DNA from: an uncultured Pseudomonadota bacterium
GTDB lineage: Bacteria; Pseudomonadota; Alphaproteobacteria; JACZXZ01
Direction: 5' to 3'
Length of the DNA: 64,000 nucleotides
Assembly (NCBI GenBank): GCA_963749075.1
Contig: CAVVLJ010000004.1
Coordinates: forward strand, 352,001 to 416,000
Shown one piece after another: positions 27,464 to 37,512 of the stretch. The notes beneath the pieces were generated by a model. It worked only from the letters and a program-made list of their open reading frames with translations, was not told the origin of the DNA and ran no database searches. A program made the position numbers and the translations under genes. How positions within the stretch are numbered: position 1 is the stretch's first letter; each line of letters begins with the position of its first letter.

Positions 27464-28507
27464 ATGTCCGGCAAAGCCTGGTGGCATCCCGAGGAATTCG
27501 ACGCACGCCTGTCGGCGCTGGCGTTGCGCGGGCGCGTGCTCGCGGCCCTGCGCGCGTTCTTTGCCGAACGGGACTTCGTCGAGGTCGAGACGCCCTGCCT
27601 GCAGACCGCACCCGGCACGGAGCCGCACATCATGGCGCTCTCGACCGAGCTCGGCGAGCCGGGCGGCGGTGCCAGGCGCCGTCTCTATCTCCAGACCTCG
27701 CCCGAATACGCCATGAAGAAGCTGCTCGTGGCCGGCGTGGCGCGGCTCTACCAGTTCGCCCGCGTGTGGCGCGACGGCGAGCGCTCGCCGCGGCATCATC
27801 CCGAGTTCACCATGCTCGAATGGTACCGCGCGCACGCGGGTTACGAGACGCTGATGGCGGACTGCGAGGCGCTCCTCAGGGCTGCCGCCGCGGCCGCGGG
27901 AACGGGCGGGCTCAGTCACGGTGCCAGGCGCTGCGATCCGCTGCCCGCGGCCGAGCGCCTCACCGTCGCCGAGGCCTTCGCCCGCCATGCCGGCATCGAC
28001 CTCCTCGCGACCGCCCCCGATCCCCATGCGCCGGATGCGGCCCTCCTTGCCGCCGAGGCGCGGCGCAGCGGCCTCTTCGTGAGCGAGCGGGACAGCTGGG
28101 AGGACGTCTTCTTCCGCATCATGCTCGAGCGCATCGAGCCCCGCCTCGGCGAGGGTCGCGCGACCATCCTCTACGAGTACCCCATCTCCATGGCGGCGCT
28201 CGCGCGCCCGAGCCCGCGCGATGCGCGCGTGGCCGAGCGCTTCGAGCTCTACGCCTGCGGCCTCGAGCTCGCCAACGCCTTCGGCGAGCTCACCGACGCC
28301 GCCGAGCAGCGCCGCCGCTTCGCAGCCGAGCAGGCCGAGAAGGAGCGCCTCTACGGCGTGCGCCAGCCGATCGACGAGGACTTCCTCGCCGCCCTCGAGT
28401 TCGGCATGCCCGAGAGCGCCGGCATCGCCCTCGGCTTCGACCGCCTGGTCATGCTCCTCGCCGGCGCCGAGCACATCGACGAGGTGCTGTGGGCGCCGGT
28501 CGGGTAG
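27464..28507 (+). CDS. epmA: EF-P lysine aminoacylase
   Basis: EVETP, YLQTSPE..MKKLL, HHPEFTMLEWYR, ERFELY..G.ELAN.F.ELTD, GIALGFDRL; no anticodon domain. Confidence 0.93.
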   Translation: MSGKAWWHPEEFDARLSALALRGRVLAALRAFFAERDFVEVETPCLQTAPGTEPHIMALSTELGEPGGGARRRLYLQTSPEYAMKKLLVAGVARLYQFARVWRDGERSPRHHPEFTMLEWYRAHAGYETLMADCEALLRAAAAAAGTGGLSHGARRCDPLPAAERLTVAEAFARHAGIDLLATAPDPHAPDAALLAAEARRSGLFVSERDSWEDVFFRIMLERIEPRLGEGRATILYEYPISMAALARPSPRDARVAERFELYACGLELANAFGELTDAAEQRRRFAAEQAEKERLYGVRQPIDEDFLAALEFGMPESAGIALGFDRLVMLLAGAEHIDEVLWAPVG

Positions 28508-28514
28508 CGGGCTC

Positions 28515-28543
28515 TTGAAATCGCTACGCAACTTGCGTATATG
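28515..28543 (+). promoter_or_regulatory. Promoter with embedded perfect palindrome
   Basis: TTGAAA-N17-TATATG; TACGCAA-C-TTGCGTA at 28525-28539. Confidence 0.65.
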
Positions 28544-28551
28544 AGATCGGA

Positions 28552-28887
28552 ATGTGGGGCGCCGAGCGTATCCGCATCGTCGTCGATGACGACCTCACCG
28601 ATGACCCCGTGGTGACCGCGGACATTGCCACGCCGGCGGGAGCATTGAAACTGATGGCGATACCCACGCTTGAGGGCCGCCGGCTGACGCTCTCGGGCCT
28701 TCACATGCATGGGGTAGGTCTCGGCCCCACGGGTTTCGGGGCCGGCAATCTCAGGAAGCTGGCAGACGCGGCGATGGAGGCGCTGGGGTGCGATGAGATC
28801 ATCGTTGACGGAGCGGTTAGGACGTTGGGTGCAAATCCGGGACGTGTCCCGCAGCGGCTCCGCTTCAAGCGCCGCCTACGTTCTTGA
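28552..28887 (+). CDS. Hypothetical 111-aa protein, putative toxin of an unclassified TA module
   Basis: Small ORF directly after the promoter/operator, overlapping the downstream HTH gene; no family recognised. Confidence 0.65.
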   Translation: MWGAERIRIVVDDDLTDDPVVTADIATPAGALKLMAIPTLEGRRLTLSGLHMHGVGLGPTGFGAGNLRKLADAAMEALGCDEIIVDGAVRTLGANPGRVPQRLRFKRRLRS

Positions 28888-29290
28888 GCCGCAACCGGGG
28901 ACGTTTGCGCAAACGGTGACGGCCGCGCAGGTGCTGATACGGAGCGGCGTGGGCGCCTCGAAGGCCAAGGGAGTGGTGGAGCGCCTTCTCGCCGGCGAGA
29001 AGGTGCCGCTCCTCGTTCCGTACCTTGTCTCCGCCGCAGACTTCGAGCGGCATCTCAAGGCTGTCGGCATCTTGCCGCATCGCCGCGAAGTTCCGGCCCA
29101 TGTGGATGTGGCCGCGATCCGTCAGCGGCTTCGCTTGACGCAAGAGGAGTTTGCCGCGCGCTTCGCCTTGAGCATCGCCACGGTGCGGAATTGGGAGCAG
29201 AGCCGCTCTGTTCCCGACGATGCGTCGCGTGCGTTTCTTGCGGTCATTGCCCGCGACCCCGAGGCCGCGGAGGAAGCGGTCACCCCGTGA
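28793..29290 (+). CDS. XRE/Cro HTH protein, putative antitoxin
   Basis: [46 protein letters not shown] (HigA/MqsA-like C-terminus). Confidence 0.8.
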   Translation: MRSSLTERLGRWVQIRDVSRSGSASSAAYVLEPQPGTFAQTVTAAQVLIRSGVGASKAKGVVERLLAGEKVPLLVPYLVSAADFERHLKAVGILPHRREVPAHVDVAAIRQRLRLTQEEFAARFALSIATVRNWEQSRSVPDDASRAFLAVIARDPEAAEEAVTP

Positions 29291-29960
29291 CGGCCCTCCT
29301 CAGAATCCTCTGCGACTTGGTCGCAAGCGCCCGCGCGATCGCCGCGTTGAAGTCGGCGACGGCCTCTCCGGGTCCTTTCGCGTAGCCCCATACGCCGCTC
29401 ACCACGGCGAGGAAATCGGCGCCGGCGGCGACGAGGGGGGCGCAGTTCTCGACGGTGATGCCGCCGATCGCCACGCAAGGCACGGTCATGGTCTCGCTCC
29501 ACCAGCTGAGGAGCTCCACGTCGGCGTGCGTCTTGGCCTCCTTGGTGCCGCTCGCGAAGAAGGCGCCGAAGGCGACGTAGTCGGCGCCGGCATCCGCCGC
29601 TAGAATCGCGAGATGGCGCGAGGCGTGGCAGGTGACGCCTATGATGCGCTCGGGGCCGAGGATACGGCGGGCCTCGGCGTAGCCCGCGTCCTCTTGGCCC
29701 ACGTGCACGCCGTCGGCACCTGCGGCAAGCGCAAGGTCCGGCCGGTCGTTGACGATGAGGGCGACATCGTGCCGCGCGCAGATGGGCGCCAGCGCCTTGG
29801 CGGCGGCCAGCACCTCGGCGTCGGCCGCCCCCTTGAGGCGGAGCTGGAGGCAGGCCACGTCGCCGCCCTCGAGCGCCGCCGCGAGCGCGCGCGCAAAAGC
29901 GCGCAGCTCGAAAGCGGGCGGCGTGACGAGGTAGAGCCGGCAGAGGGGGGTCTCGCTCAG
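29280..29960 (-). CDS. thiE: Thiamine phosphate synthase (apparent CTG start)
   Basis: [52 protein letters not shown]. Confidence 0.9.
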   Translation of the reverse strand: MSETPLCRLYLVTPPAFELRAFARALAAALEGGDVACLQLRLKGAADAEVLAAAKALAPICARHDVALIVNDRPDLALAAGADGVHVGQEDAGYAEARRILGPERIIGVTCHASRHLAILAADAGADYVAFGAFFASGTKEAKTHADVELLSWWSETMTVPCVAIGGITVENCAPLVAAGADFLAVVSGVWGYAKGPGEAVADFNAAIARALATKSQRILRRAVTG

Positions 29961-30886
29961 TCGTTGCCCTTGTAAATGCCGATGACGCTGTCGAGCAGCT
30001 CGAGCGCCTTCTCGCGCGGGCGCTGGAAGCTGTTGCGCCCGATGATCGAGCCGGTCGCCCCGCCGTCGCGGATGGCGCGCACCTCGGCGAGGAGGCCCGC
30101 CTCGTCCTTGGCCTCGCCGCCCGAGAAGACCACGAGCCGGCGGCCATTGAAGGCGCTCTGCACCACGTGGCGGACGCGCGCCGCGAGCGTCGAGATGTCG
30201 ATCTTCTGGGCCTCGTAGACCTTCTTCGCGGCCTCGAGCTCGAGGTGCTCGCTGGGCGGCTTCACCTTGATGATGTGGGCGCCGAGGAGCGCCGCCATCT
30301 GCGCCGCGTAGGCGCAAATATCGATCGCCGTCTCGCCCGCCTTGGAGAGGCTGCCGCCGCGCGGGTAGGACCAGATGACGACGGCGAGGCCCTTGCGCTT
30401 GGCCTCCTCGGCGAGTGCCCGCGCCTCCTCGAACATGCCGTAGGCGGCGTCCGAGCCGGGATAGATGGTGAGCCCGATCGCAGACGCGCCGAGGCGGAGC
30501 GCATCGTCGACCGAGGCGGTTAGCGCCTGGTCCGCCGCCTCCTTGGCGCGCGCCAGGCTATTGGCGTTGTTGAGCTTGAGGATGAGCGGAATCTGGCCGG
30601 CGAAGCTCGCGGCCCCGGCCTCGATCATGCCGAGCGGTGCGGCATAGGCCGAGAGGCCGGCGTCGATCGCCAGCTGGAAATGGTAGTGCGGGTCGTAGGC
30701 CGGCGGGTTCGCCGCGAAGCTGCGCGCCGGCCCGTGCTCGAAGCCCTGGTCGACCGGCAGGATGACGAGCCTGCCCGTGCCGCCGAGCCTGCCCTGCATG
30801 AGGATGCGGGCGAGATTGGCCTTGGTCCCCGGACAGTCGCTCTCGTAATTGTCGAGAATGCGCTTGACGCGCGGCGTCATCTTCAT
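29957..30886 (-). CDS. fbaB: Class I fructose-bisphosphate aldolase
   Basis: [43 protein letters not shown]. Confidence 0.9.
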   Translation of the reverse strand: MKMTPRVKRILDNYESDCPGTKANLARILMQGRLGGTGRLVILPVDQGFEHGPARSFAANPPAYDPHYHFQLAIDAGLSAYAAPLGMIEAGAASFAGQIPLILKLNNANSLARAKEAADQALTASVDDALRLGASAIGLTIYPGSDAAYGMFEEARALAEEAKRKGLAVVIWSYPRGGSLSKAGETAIDICAYAAQMAALLGAHIIKVKPPSEHLELEAAKKVYEAQKIDISTLAARVRHVVQSAFNGRRLVVFSGGEAKDEAGLLAEVRAIRDGGATGSIIGRNSFQRPREKALELLDSVIGIYKGND

Positions 30887-30970
30887 CGCGGCAATCCCCA
30901 TGGCACCATGCCCGGCCGCGGCCGGGGCGTTCCCTCTCGCGCCGAGCAATAGCCGAGCGCCCGAAGTTTT

Positions 30971-31480
30971 TCAACGCCGGGAGACGGGGGGCCGGGCGAC
31001 GGCGGCGCGTTCGCCGCGGCGGGCCTCGCCGAGCCACGCCCTTGAGGCGGCGAGCGGGTCGGCGCCGTGGCGGAGATCGAGGCTGCGGCGCGGCCGGCGG
31101 CGCACCAGGCGGCGGCCCTCCTTCGCCGCGATCTGGGCGAGCTTGTCGGCCACCCGAGGTGCACCTGTGAAGCAGACCGCCGCCATGCCCGCGGCGAAGG
31201 CGCCGAGCACGTGGCCGGGCAGGTCGGCGCAGTCGAGCACGCCCTCGAAGCGTGCTGCCGGAACCGCGCGCGCGGCCGCCTCGAGCACCGCCTTGAACCA
31301 GCCCGCCCCGGCATAGGCCGCGGCCCCGGGAGCGCTCCACAGCTCGACCGCCACATCCTCGGCCGCGGCGGCGGCGAGCGCCGCCCGGGCCTGGGCGAGC
31401 GAATGGACGACCACGGCGCGGGGTGCAGCGCCGGACTTCCGTCGCGTTCTCGAGGCACGGGCCGCAGGCGTCCTTGCCAT
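30971..31480 (-). CDS. Hypothetical protein
   Basis: Co-oriented with fbaB; VVVHSL.QA.AAL..LWSAPGAA.YAG.GWF..LDC.D.PG pattern. Confidence 0.65.
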   Translation of the reverse strand: MARTPAARASRTRRKSGAAPRAVVVHSLAQARAALAAAAAEDVAVELWSAPGAAAYAGAGWFKAVLEAAARAVPAARFEGVLDCADLPGHVLGAFAAGMAAVCFTGAPRVADKLAQIAAKEGRRLVRRRPRRSLDLRHGADPLAASRAWLGEARRGERAAVARPPVSRR

Positions 31481-31534
31481 GCTGAGAGACTTAGCACGGC
31501 GCCTGCGGGAATTGGCAATCTCCGTACGGCGCTC

Positions 31535-31814
31535 TCAACGGATCATCTCGATCGCGATTCCAAGAGCGAGCCTCTTCCAGGCGTCATCGGCGCTGACGGC
31601 CATGATGCCGCGCTCGCTCGCCAAAGCGAGGCAGGCCCTGTCGCCGAGGGATAGCCTTGCTGCTTGCGTCGTGGCCCCTCAGTATGAAGCGGGCGAGCAC
31701 TTCCGAGAGATTGACCGTCGACATGCAGGACTAGGATAGGTGGCGGGCGACAAGCTCATGGCCCCGCTCGCGGAGCAGGAATGCGAGCAATGCCGACGCG
31801 TCGAGCGCAATCAC
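31535..31814 (-). pseudogene. VapC/PIN toxin pseudogene
   Basis: MIALDASALLAFLLRERG..HLS*SCMSTVNLSEV (TAG at 31731-31733), then a deletion/frame change into LSLGDRACLALA..SADDAW..IEMIR*. Confidence 0.8.
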
Positions 31815-32071
31815 CGCTTACGCTCTTTCGCGGCCTCGCGGCGGCGCTCGGCGATCAGCTCGTCGGTCAAGCGCGGCGGCCGGCCGGCGAAGAGCCCGGC
31901 GATGAAGTCCTGAAGCTCGGCCGGGTCGAACTGCGAAACTTCCTCCTCGCGCACGGCCTCGGCGAGAATCGTGCGCGCTTCCGCCTCCATGCTGCGGCCG
32001 GCTTTTGCGGCCCTGACGCGGAGCTTCGCGCGAACCTCGTCGGGAAGCTTGCGGATGTTCAGCGTTGCCAT
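31811..32071 (-). CDS. FitA-like ribbon-helix-helix antitoxin
   Basis: MATLNIRKLPDEV.AKLRVRAAKAGRSMEAEARTIL; GTGA overlap with the vapC pseudogene. Confidence 0.88.
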   Translation of the reverse strand: MATLNIRKLPDEVRAKLRVRAAKAGRSMEAEARTILAEAVREEEVSQFDPAELQDFIAGLFAGRPPRLTDELIAERRREAAKERKR

Positions 32072-32182
32072 GCGGTCAATGATAGCATTGCAAGCGTTGG
32101 CGTCAAATGGCGCGCCGGGCACTGCCAACGGTCCGCACGCCGTTCTGGCCCCTCGGAGCACGGCCATCGTTCGACGGGACGC

Positions 32183-32635
32183 CTAGAAAGTGATCGTCGC
32201 CGTGATCGTATCGGAATAGCTGCCCGACGGAACGTTCTGCAGCGCCGGAATGCTGCCATAGACCGTCACCGTGACGGTGCCCGTCCCAGGTGCGCTGTTG
32301 CTGTAGGTCGAGCTTCCGCCCGTGCCGTCGCCCCAGATGGTCGTCAAGGCCGCATTGAGATAGAGATTATAGTCGAGGACGTTGGTGGTGAGCTTCATCG
32401 TGCGGGGATTGAAGCTGCTCGAGCTGCCCTTGTTGAGCTGGATCGTTATGGCGGCCGAAACTGTGCATTTGAAGCTGACGGAGCCGTTCACGAGCGTAGC
32501 GCTGGTCTTGAAGACGTTGTAATTGCCGAAGGTGACCGCGGTCGCGGAGAGCGTGCAGGAGTTCGCCGCCGCAGGTCCGGAAAGCAGCAGCAGCGCTCCC
32601 GCGGCAAGAAGGCCCAGCCTGAATGCAGCGCCCAT
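32183..32635 (-). CDS. Spore coat U (Csu-type) pilin subunit
   Basis: Signal peptide, C..SAT.V.FG.Y, second Cys, L.YNLY....IWG, VYGSIP.Q.V..G.Y.DTITATITF. Confidence 0.85.
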   Translation of the reverse strand: MGAAFRLGLLAAGALLLLSGPAAANSCTLSATAVTFGNYNVFKTSATLVNGSVSFKCTVSAAITIQLNKGSSSSFNPRTMKLTTNVLDYNLYLNAALTTIWGDGTGGSSTYSNSAPGTGTVTVTVYGSIPALQNVPSGSYSDTITATITF

Positions 32636-32636
32636 C

Positions 32637-35019
32637 TCAACCCTCCGTGACTTCTGTCGTGCATACCAGCTCGCCCAAGTTCACCGAGCGCTCGGCGGAG
32701 GCTGGCGCCTTGAGCGTGAAGCGGCACTCGCGGCCCCTGTAGCGGATGACCGCGGGCAGGCTGCCCGCCGGCAACTCCTCGAAATAGAACTGCCCCTTGT
32801 CGCCGATGGGCGAGACATAGTTGCCCCCCTCCGCGGAGATGTCGATCTCGCCGTAGGCGGGAACGATCGTCTCGGTCCCGCTGCGGATCTTGAGGGTGCC
32901 GATGAAGACCTCGAGGCGATGCACGGAGAATTCCACGACCGCGCCGCCGCGGTAGGAGGTCGCCACCGTCCGCTCGTTGCTCTGGACGGCATAATCCATC
33001 GAGATGTCCTGGTCGTTGATGCCGATGCGATTGCCCGAATAGCTCAGCAGATTCGGCACCAGCAAGTTGCCGTCGCTGTCGGTGCGGCCGAACGGCTGGT
33101 TCTCGAGATATCCGGTGACGCCTTCCACGCCCGGCACGCGGATCAAGGCATAGCCGTCGTTGAGCGGGCGGGTGGCGAAGACGTGGCCGTCGATGATGCC
33201 TATGGCGCCGCTGGCGCTCACGGTCGCGCTGTTCTGGCCGAGCTGACGGTCGACGTCGGCCTCGTAGAGCCCGAACGGCCCCTGATAGACGAGGTTGGCG
33301 AGCTCACCGCGGTCGCTGCCGGTCTGGGTCTGCACCAGGTAGCCGTAGCCCTCGCCCAGCGGCGGGGATTTCTGGATTTGGGCGACGCCCGTGACGCCGT
33401 CATGGCCGCGGCTTGCCGAAAAGGTGGCGCTGGTATCGCTGTCGATTGCCACGGCGAGGGACAGCAGGACCCGATTGTCCGTGGGTTGCCCCGATTGAAT
33501 GGCATGGCTGAGCGTGAGCGAAAGGTTCGCCCAGCTGTTGAGCTGCCTCGTCGCGGCGATGCTGGCTTGGTCGGTTCGCCCGGCATCCCGGAACGCGCTG
33601 CGCGACAGCTGTCCCGTCAAATCGCAGAAGTCCAAGGGAAACGCGAGATAGCCGTCCAACTGGCGGAGCGCGCGGTCGGTTTGCGGGCTCAAGCTCATGG
33701 TGGCGTAGCGGCGGCTGTTGCCGGTGAAGTCGCCGCCTATGGTAAAGAGCCTCGAGGTGTAGCTGTAGGTCGTCGAGCCGGCCCAGCCGTCGAGCCCGCG
33801 GTCGCGGCTGGCAGCGCCGAAGAAGCCGAACTGACCGAAGGACGTAGTGACGGCCAGCTCCGGCCCGCCCGCCTGCAAGCGCTCGTCGGCCTCGAGAAAG
33901 GCGCCCGGCGTGAAGGTATCGTCCAAGCCAAAGCGATGGTGCGCGAGAAACCCTGCATGGCGATAGTCGCCGAAAGCGTCGGTCGTCGCCATGTTGCGCT
34001 CGAGACCGAGATTGTAGGTGAACTCATGGAGCCCGGGCGCCAGCGACTGATCGCTGAGATAGTAGGGTGCGCCCAGCTCCTGCTGCTGGCCGAGGGCGTT
34101 GCGGATCACGATGCGGGTATTTCCGCTGCCCGTGAGCGCCGGGATGTTCTCCAGCGTGAACGGTCCGGGCGGCAGCGCCACGCTGCGCACGAGCACGCCG
34201 TTCACGTACACGTCGGCCGTCGAGGGCGTGTTCACGATGCCCGAGTAGCGCTGGGCGGGAAAGGGCGTGAAATAGGGATCGATGGAGTACTCCTTCGAGA
34301 AGCCGATGCCGCCGAGCGGGCTGAGGCCGCCGAGATTGCCGCCGTTGGCAAGCGTGTCCCCCAGCTGAAGCCGCGTCATCTCATCGCGATCGTCGAGGTT
34401 GAGCGTCGTGTTGGTGCGCGAGATCTGCCCCATGTTATTGCGCGAGACGATGTTGTCGAAGAACGCGCTGTCGAAGGGGCCCAATTGGCCGAGACTGGCG
34501 CCTTGTTCGCTGAACGCGCTGAAGCGGTTGAAGTCCTGTGCCGTGACAGCGTAGTTGAGGAAGGCGCTCGGTACGCTCATATAGACCATGTCCTTCGGCC
34601 GGTTCCGCCCCAGGTTGACGGTCGAGCCGGAGAGCAGCGACGGATCCACGGTGAGGCGCAACGCCACCTCCGCCTCGTCGAACACGTAAGTCACCTTCGG
34701 CGCAAGCGCGCCCAGGCTGACATAGGACACGCCGTCGATGGTCTCGGCGCGTCCGGGGACCGACACGAAGCCGGCCTTGCGCAGCTCGTCGATGCGCAAA
34801 AGGAAATCCTTGCCCCGCACGAGCGCGTTGACCTCGTCCTTGTCCTCGCCGTTGACCGACAGTGCGAGAACGGCGTGCCGAACCTTGTCCTCGGGCGCCG
34901 CCGCGATCTCGACCGGGCCGAGGAGCACCTCGATGTCCGGCCCGGCCGCGATCGCCGCCGGACCGGACGTTCGAGGCGAGCAGAGAAACCATGCCGAGAA
35001 GCGCGAGCCGGAGTTTCAT
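32637..35019 (-). CDS. Fimbrial outer-membrane usher, CsuD-like (+1 frameshift near 34960)
   Basis: LSVNG, LQLGD, PSTADVYVNG..LPPGPF, YALIRV.G..GV..YLENQ..GRTD..G; signal peptide MKLRLALLGMVSLLA in a different frame. Confidence 0.85.
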
Positions 35020-35046
35020 TCGACTGCCCGCGCCGTGTCGCGCGCC

Positions 35047-35883
35047 TCACGGCGTCCCGGACTGCGCCGCGCCAGGCGATTTCAGGAACTCGGTTCGCGC
35101 CGCCGAGCCGCCGGGGCTGCACGCGAGCGGGAATTCCGCACGGACCGGCGCCGGGTCGGTCTCGGCCTCGAGGACGATGCGGCTCGCGCGGCGGCAATCC
35201 GCTTCGGCGAGGGCCAGGCGATAATCGCGAGTGCCGCCGGCGAGCACGTACCAACCTGGGACCGCCAAGTCGAAAACGCTCTTTCCGGCGGAATCCACGC
35301 CGACCGCGCGCAGACGCCGCACCATCAGGTGCGCGGTGCCGTTGTTGAGGATGGCGAACGATACGACGTTCCCGGCGAGCGACGGCGGCCCGATGCGCGG
35401 GTCGGGGCGCGCATCTCTCGGCGCAACGAAGATGGGAAGGCTGATCTTGGCGAGGAACCTGATGGACATGGCGCTGCTCGCCACCGTCTCGTTCGGCAGC
35501 TCCTGCAAGATCAGGCGATAGGTTTTTTCGCTCTTGTCGAAGGGCACCTGCACGCCGACGCGGATCCGCTTGGTCTCGCGGGGGCCGAGCGTCATGAGAA
35601 GGGGAAACGCCACCACGTCCTCGGTGCGCTCGAGGACCATGCCGCCGTCGGCGCTCTGCCGCCAGGCGAAGGTGCTGAGCTCGTAGCGGAGCGTGTCGTC
35701 GCCTTCGTTGATCAGACTGAGGAGCTCGGTCGGCTTCCCCGGAGTGATCGCCACCTCGGTCGGGGAAACCTGCACCTCTCCCGCCCGTGCGGGCAGTGCT
35801 ACGGCGCACGCGAGCGTGAGCGCGCCGGCACCCAGCAAGACCACATTGCGCATGACGCTCAAGCTTGGAACCATGACATCCAT
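35047..35883 (-). CDS. Periplasmic pilus chaperone, CsuC/PapD-like
   Basis: QVSPT, L.N, AW.Q, P..L.L.P....IRVG, EKTYRLILQELP, SLPIFV, NNGTAH, YVLAG. Confidence 0.88.
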   Translation of the reverse strand: MDVMVPSLSVMRNVVLLGAGALTLACAVALPARAGEVQVSPTEVAITPGKPTELLSLINEGDDTLRYELSTFAWRQSADGGMVLERTEDVVAFPLLMTLGPRETKRIRVGVQVPFDKSEKTYRLILQELPNETVASSAMSIRFLAKISLPIFVAPRDARPDPRIGPPSLAGNVVSFAILNNGTAHLMVRRLRAVGVDSAGKSVFDLAVPGWYVLAGGTRDYRLALAEADCRRASRIVLEAETDPAPVRAEFPLACSPGGSAARTEFLKSPGAAQSGTP

Positions 35884-36117
35884 CCTCCCTGGCGACGCGT
35901 GCTACACGCGCTCAAGCTCCCCAAGGGCGCTCATCGCTGATCGACGCAGCGCTGCTTCGTTGTATGATCGGTGCGGCCTAGGGTCCCCGCGTGCCGCGCC
36001 ACATGGCTGCGAGGCCGAGAGGCAGCCGGCCGGCCGTTGTTGCAGTCGCGGAAATAGCCGTGGCGCCGCCGCGCGGCCGCAGAGGGCCGTGGCACTGCCG
36101 CCGGCCGGCGATGGGCT

Positions 36118-36621
36118 CTAGAAGGTCGCGGTGACGATCACGATGTTGGGCGAGACCGCGAATGGCGTCGGCGGGTTGGCCGCCGCGCTGCCATAGGAGA
36201 ACAGGACGAGGCTGGCGCCGGTGGCACTGACCGGGAGGCTCCGCACGGTCCTTTCGGGGGCGCCGTGCGTCACCACTCTCCCCGCGGCGGCAAGCGCACG
36301 ATCGGCCACCTGCTGCCAGCCGGGCGGAACCGCGCCGAGGCTGTTGGGGAAACTGAAGAGGACCGCGGGCGCCGCCCCGCTGCTGCAATGCAGGGCGACC
36401 GGAGCGGGCGCCGCAGGATCGACCAGGTCGAGCATGCCGCTCCCGACAACGGTCGCGGCAGTCGATATATTGCAGACCCTTACGACCCTCGCCGACACGA
36501 CCATCTTGGCCGTGACGGCGGCTGCCAGCACCTCCGGCACATTCATTGCCAAGACCAGGATAAAGAGCGCGGCCGGCAACCCGCCAATTCGCACCAGCGC
36601 GCGCCGCATCGCTTGGATCAT
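36118..36621 (-). CDS. Divergent pilin-like secreted protein
   Basis: Signal peptide, VSARVVRVC.IST, second Cys and C-terminal VIVTATF, shared with the 37000 pilin. Confidence 0.65.
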   Translation of the reverse strand: MIQAMRRALVRIGGLPAALFILVLAMNVPEVLAAAVTAKMVVSARVVRVCNISTAATVVGSGMLDLVDPAAPAPVALHCSSGAAPAVLFSFPNSLGAVPPGWQQVADRALAAAGRVVTHGAPERTVRSLPVSATGASLVLFSYGSAAANPPTPFAVSPNIVIVTATF

Positions 36622-36999
36622 CGTTCCCGCTCTCCTGCCGCGAGGACCGCCGCCAATTGACGATCCGGACGAGGTGCTGGACGGCCGCCACGATGCGGCT
36701 CGTAGCGCGCAGGCGAAGCCTGCTGCGGCTCGTTCCGCGTGGCAGCGCCGCGACGCCTCGATCCTCCGCCATAGTAGTGCTTGACGGGGCGCGACGGAAG
36801 GTGCTTGCACGGCGACCGACGGAGGGCGCAAGGCAAGTCATGTGACATGTCATCATGCGAGCGATCCTGACGCGCGTGTCATGGGGCTCGGCTCCGCGAG
36901 GAGAGAGAAGCCTCGTCGTCTCGTCATCGCTTTTTCGCTTGACTGCGCGCGGCCGGTTCGGCGCTTTCCGGCAAATTCGCGCCGGTCCCACGCGCAGCG

Positions 37000-37512
37000 T
37001 TAGAACGTCGCCGTGACGACGACCGTGTCGCTATAGGTGGTGGCGGACGGCACGTTCTGGCCGGTTCCGATCGTGCCGTACGCCGTCAGGTTCGCGGCGG
37101 TGCCGGAGCCCGTCACCGTCTCCGTGCCGGTGGTGTTCCACACGGTGGTATTGCCGACGTTCTGATAGATCTCGTAACCCAGATAGTCGCCCGAGCCGTC
37201 CGCCATCGCGCGCGTGCCGAAAGTCCCCTTGCCGGCGTTGTTGCCCAAGCTCAAGGAAATCGTCCCCACGGTATTCTTGTTGCAATTGACGGTGACCGTC
37301 GCGGTGGTCGTGAGAGCGGCGGTAAAGCTGTAACTGCCGAAGCCCAGTGCGGTCGTCGACAAAGTGCAGGCATTCACGACCGTCGCGGAGACCGCCATGT
37401 TCGCGGTCGCGGTGCCCGCCGCGAGCGGCGACGTATGCATGCCGACGGCTCCGAGGACGGCAAGACAGGCCGCCGCCCGCAGCAAGGTGCTGACTCTCAA
37501 TATCCGCATCAT
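37000..37512 (-). CDS. Spore coat U (Csu-type) major pilin
   Basis: TATANMAVSATVVNAC.LST..L.FG.Y, TVNC, LGYEIY, AYG.I..GQ.V....YSDTVVVTATF. Confidence 0.88.
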   Translation of the reverse strand: MMRILRVSTLLRAAACLAVLGAVGMHTSPLAAGTATANMAVSATVVNACTLSTTALGFGSYSFTAALTTTATVTVNCNKNTVGTISLSLGNNAGKGTFGTRAMADGSGDYLGYEIYQNVGNTTVWNTTGTETVTGSGTAANLTAYGTIGTGQNVPSATTYSDTVVVTATF

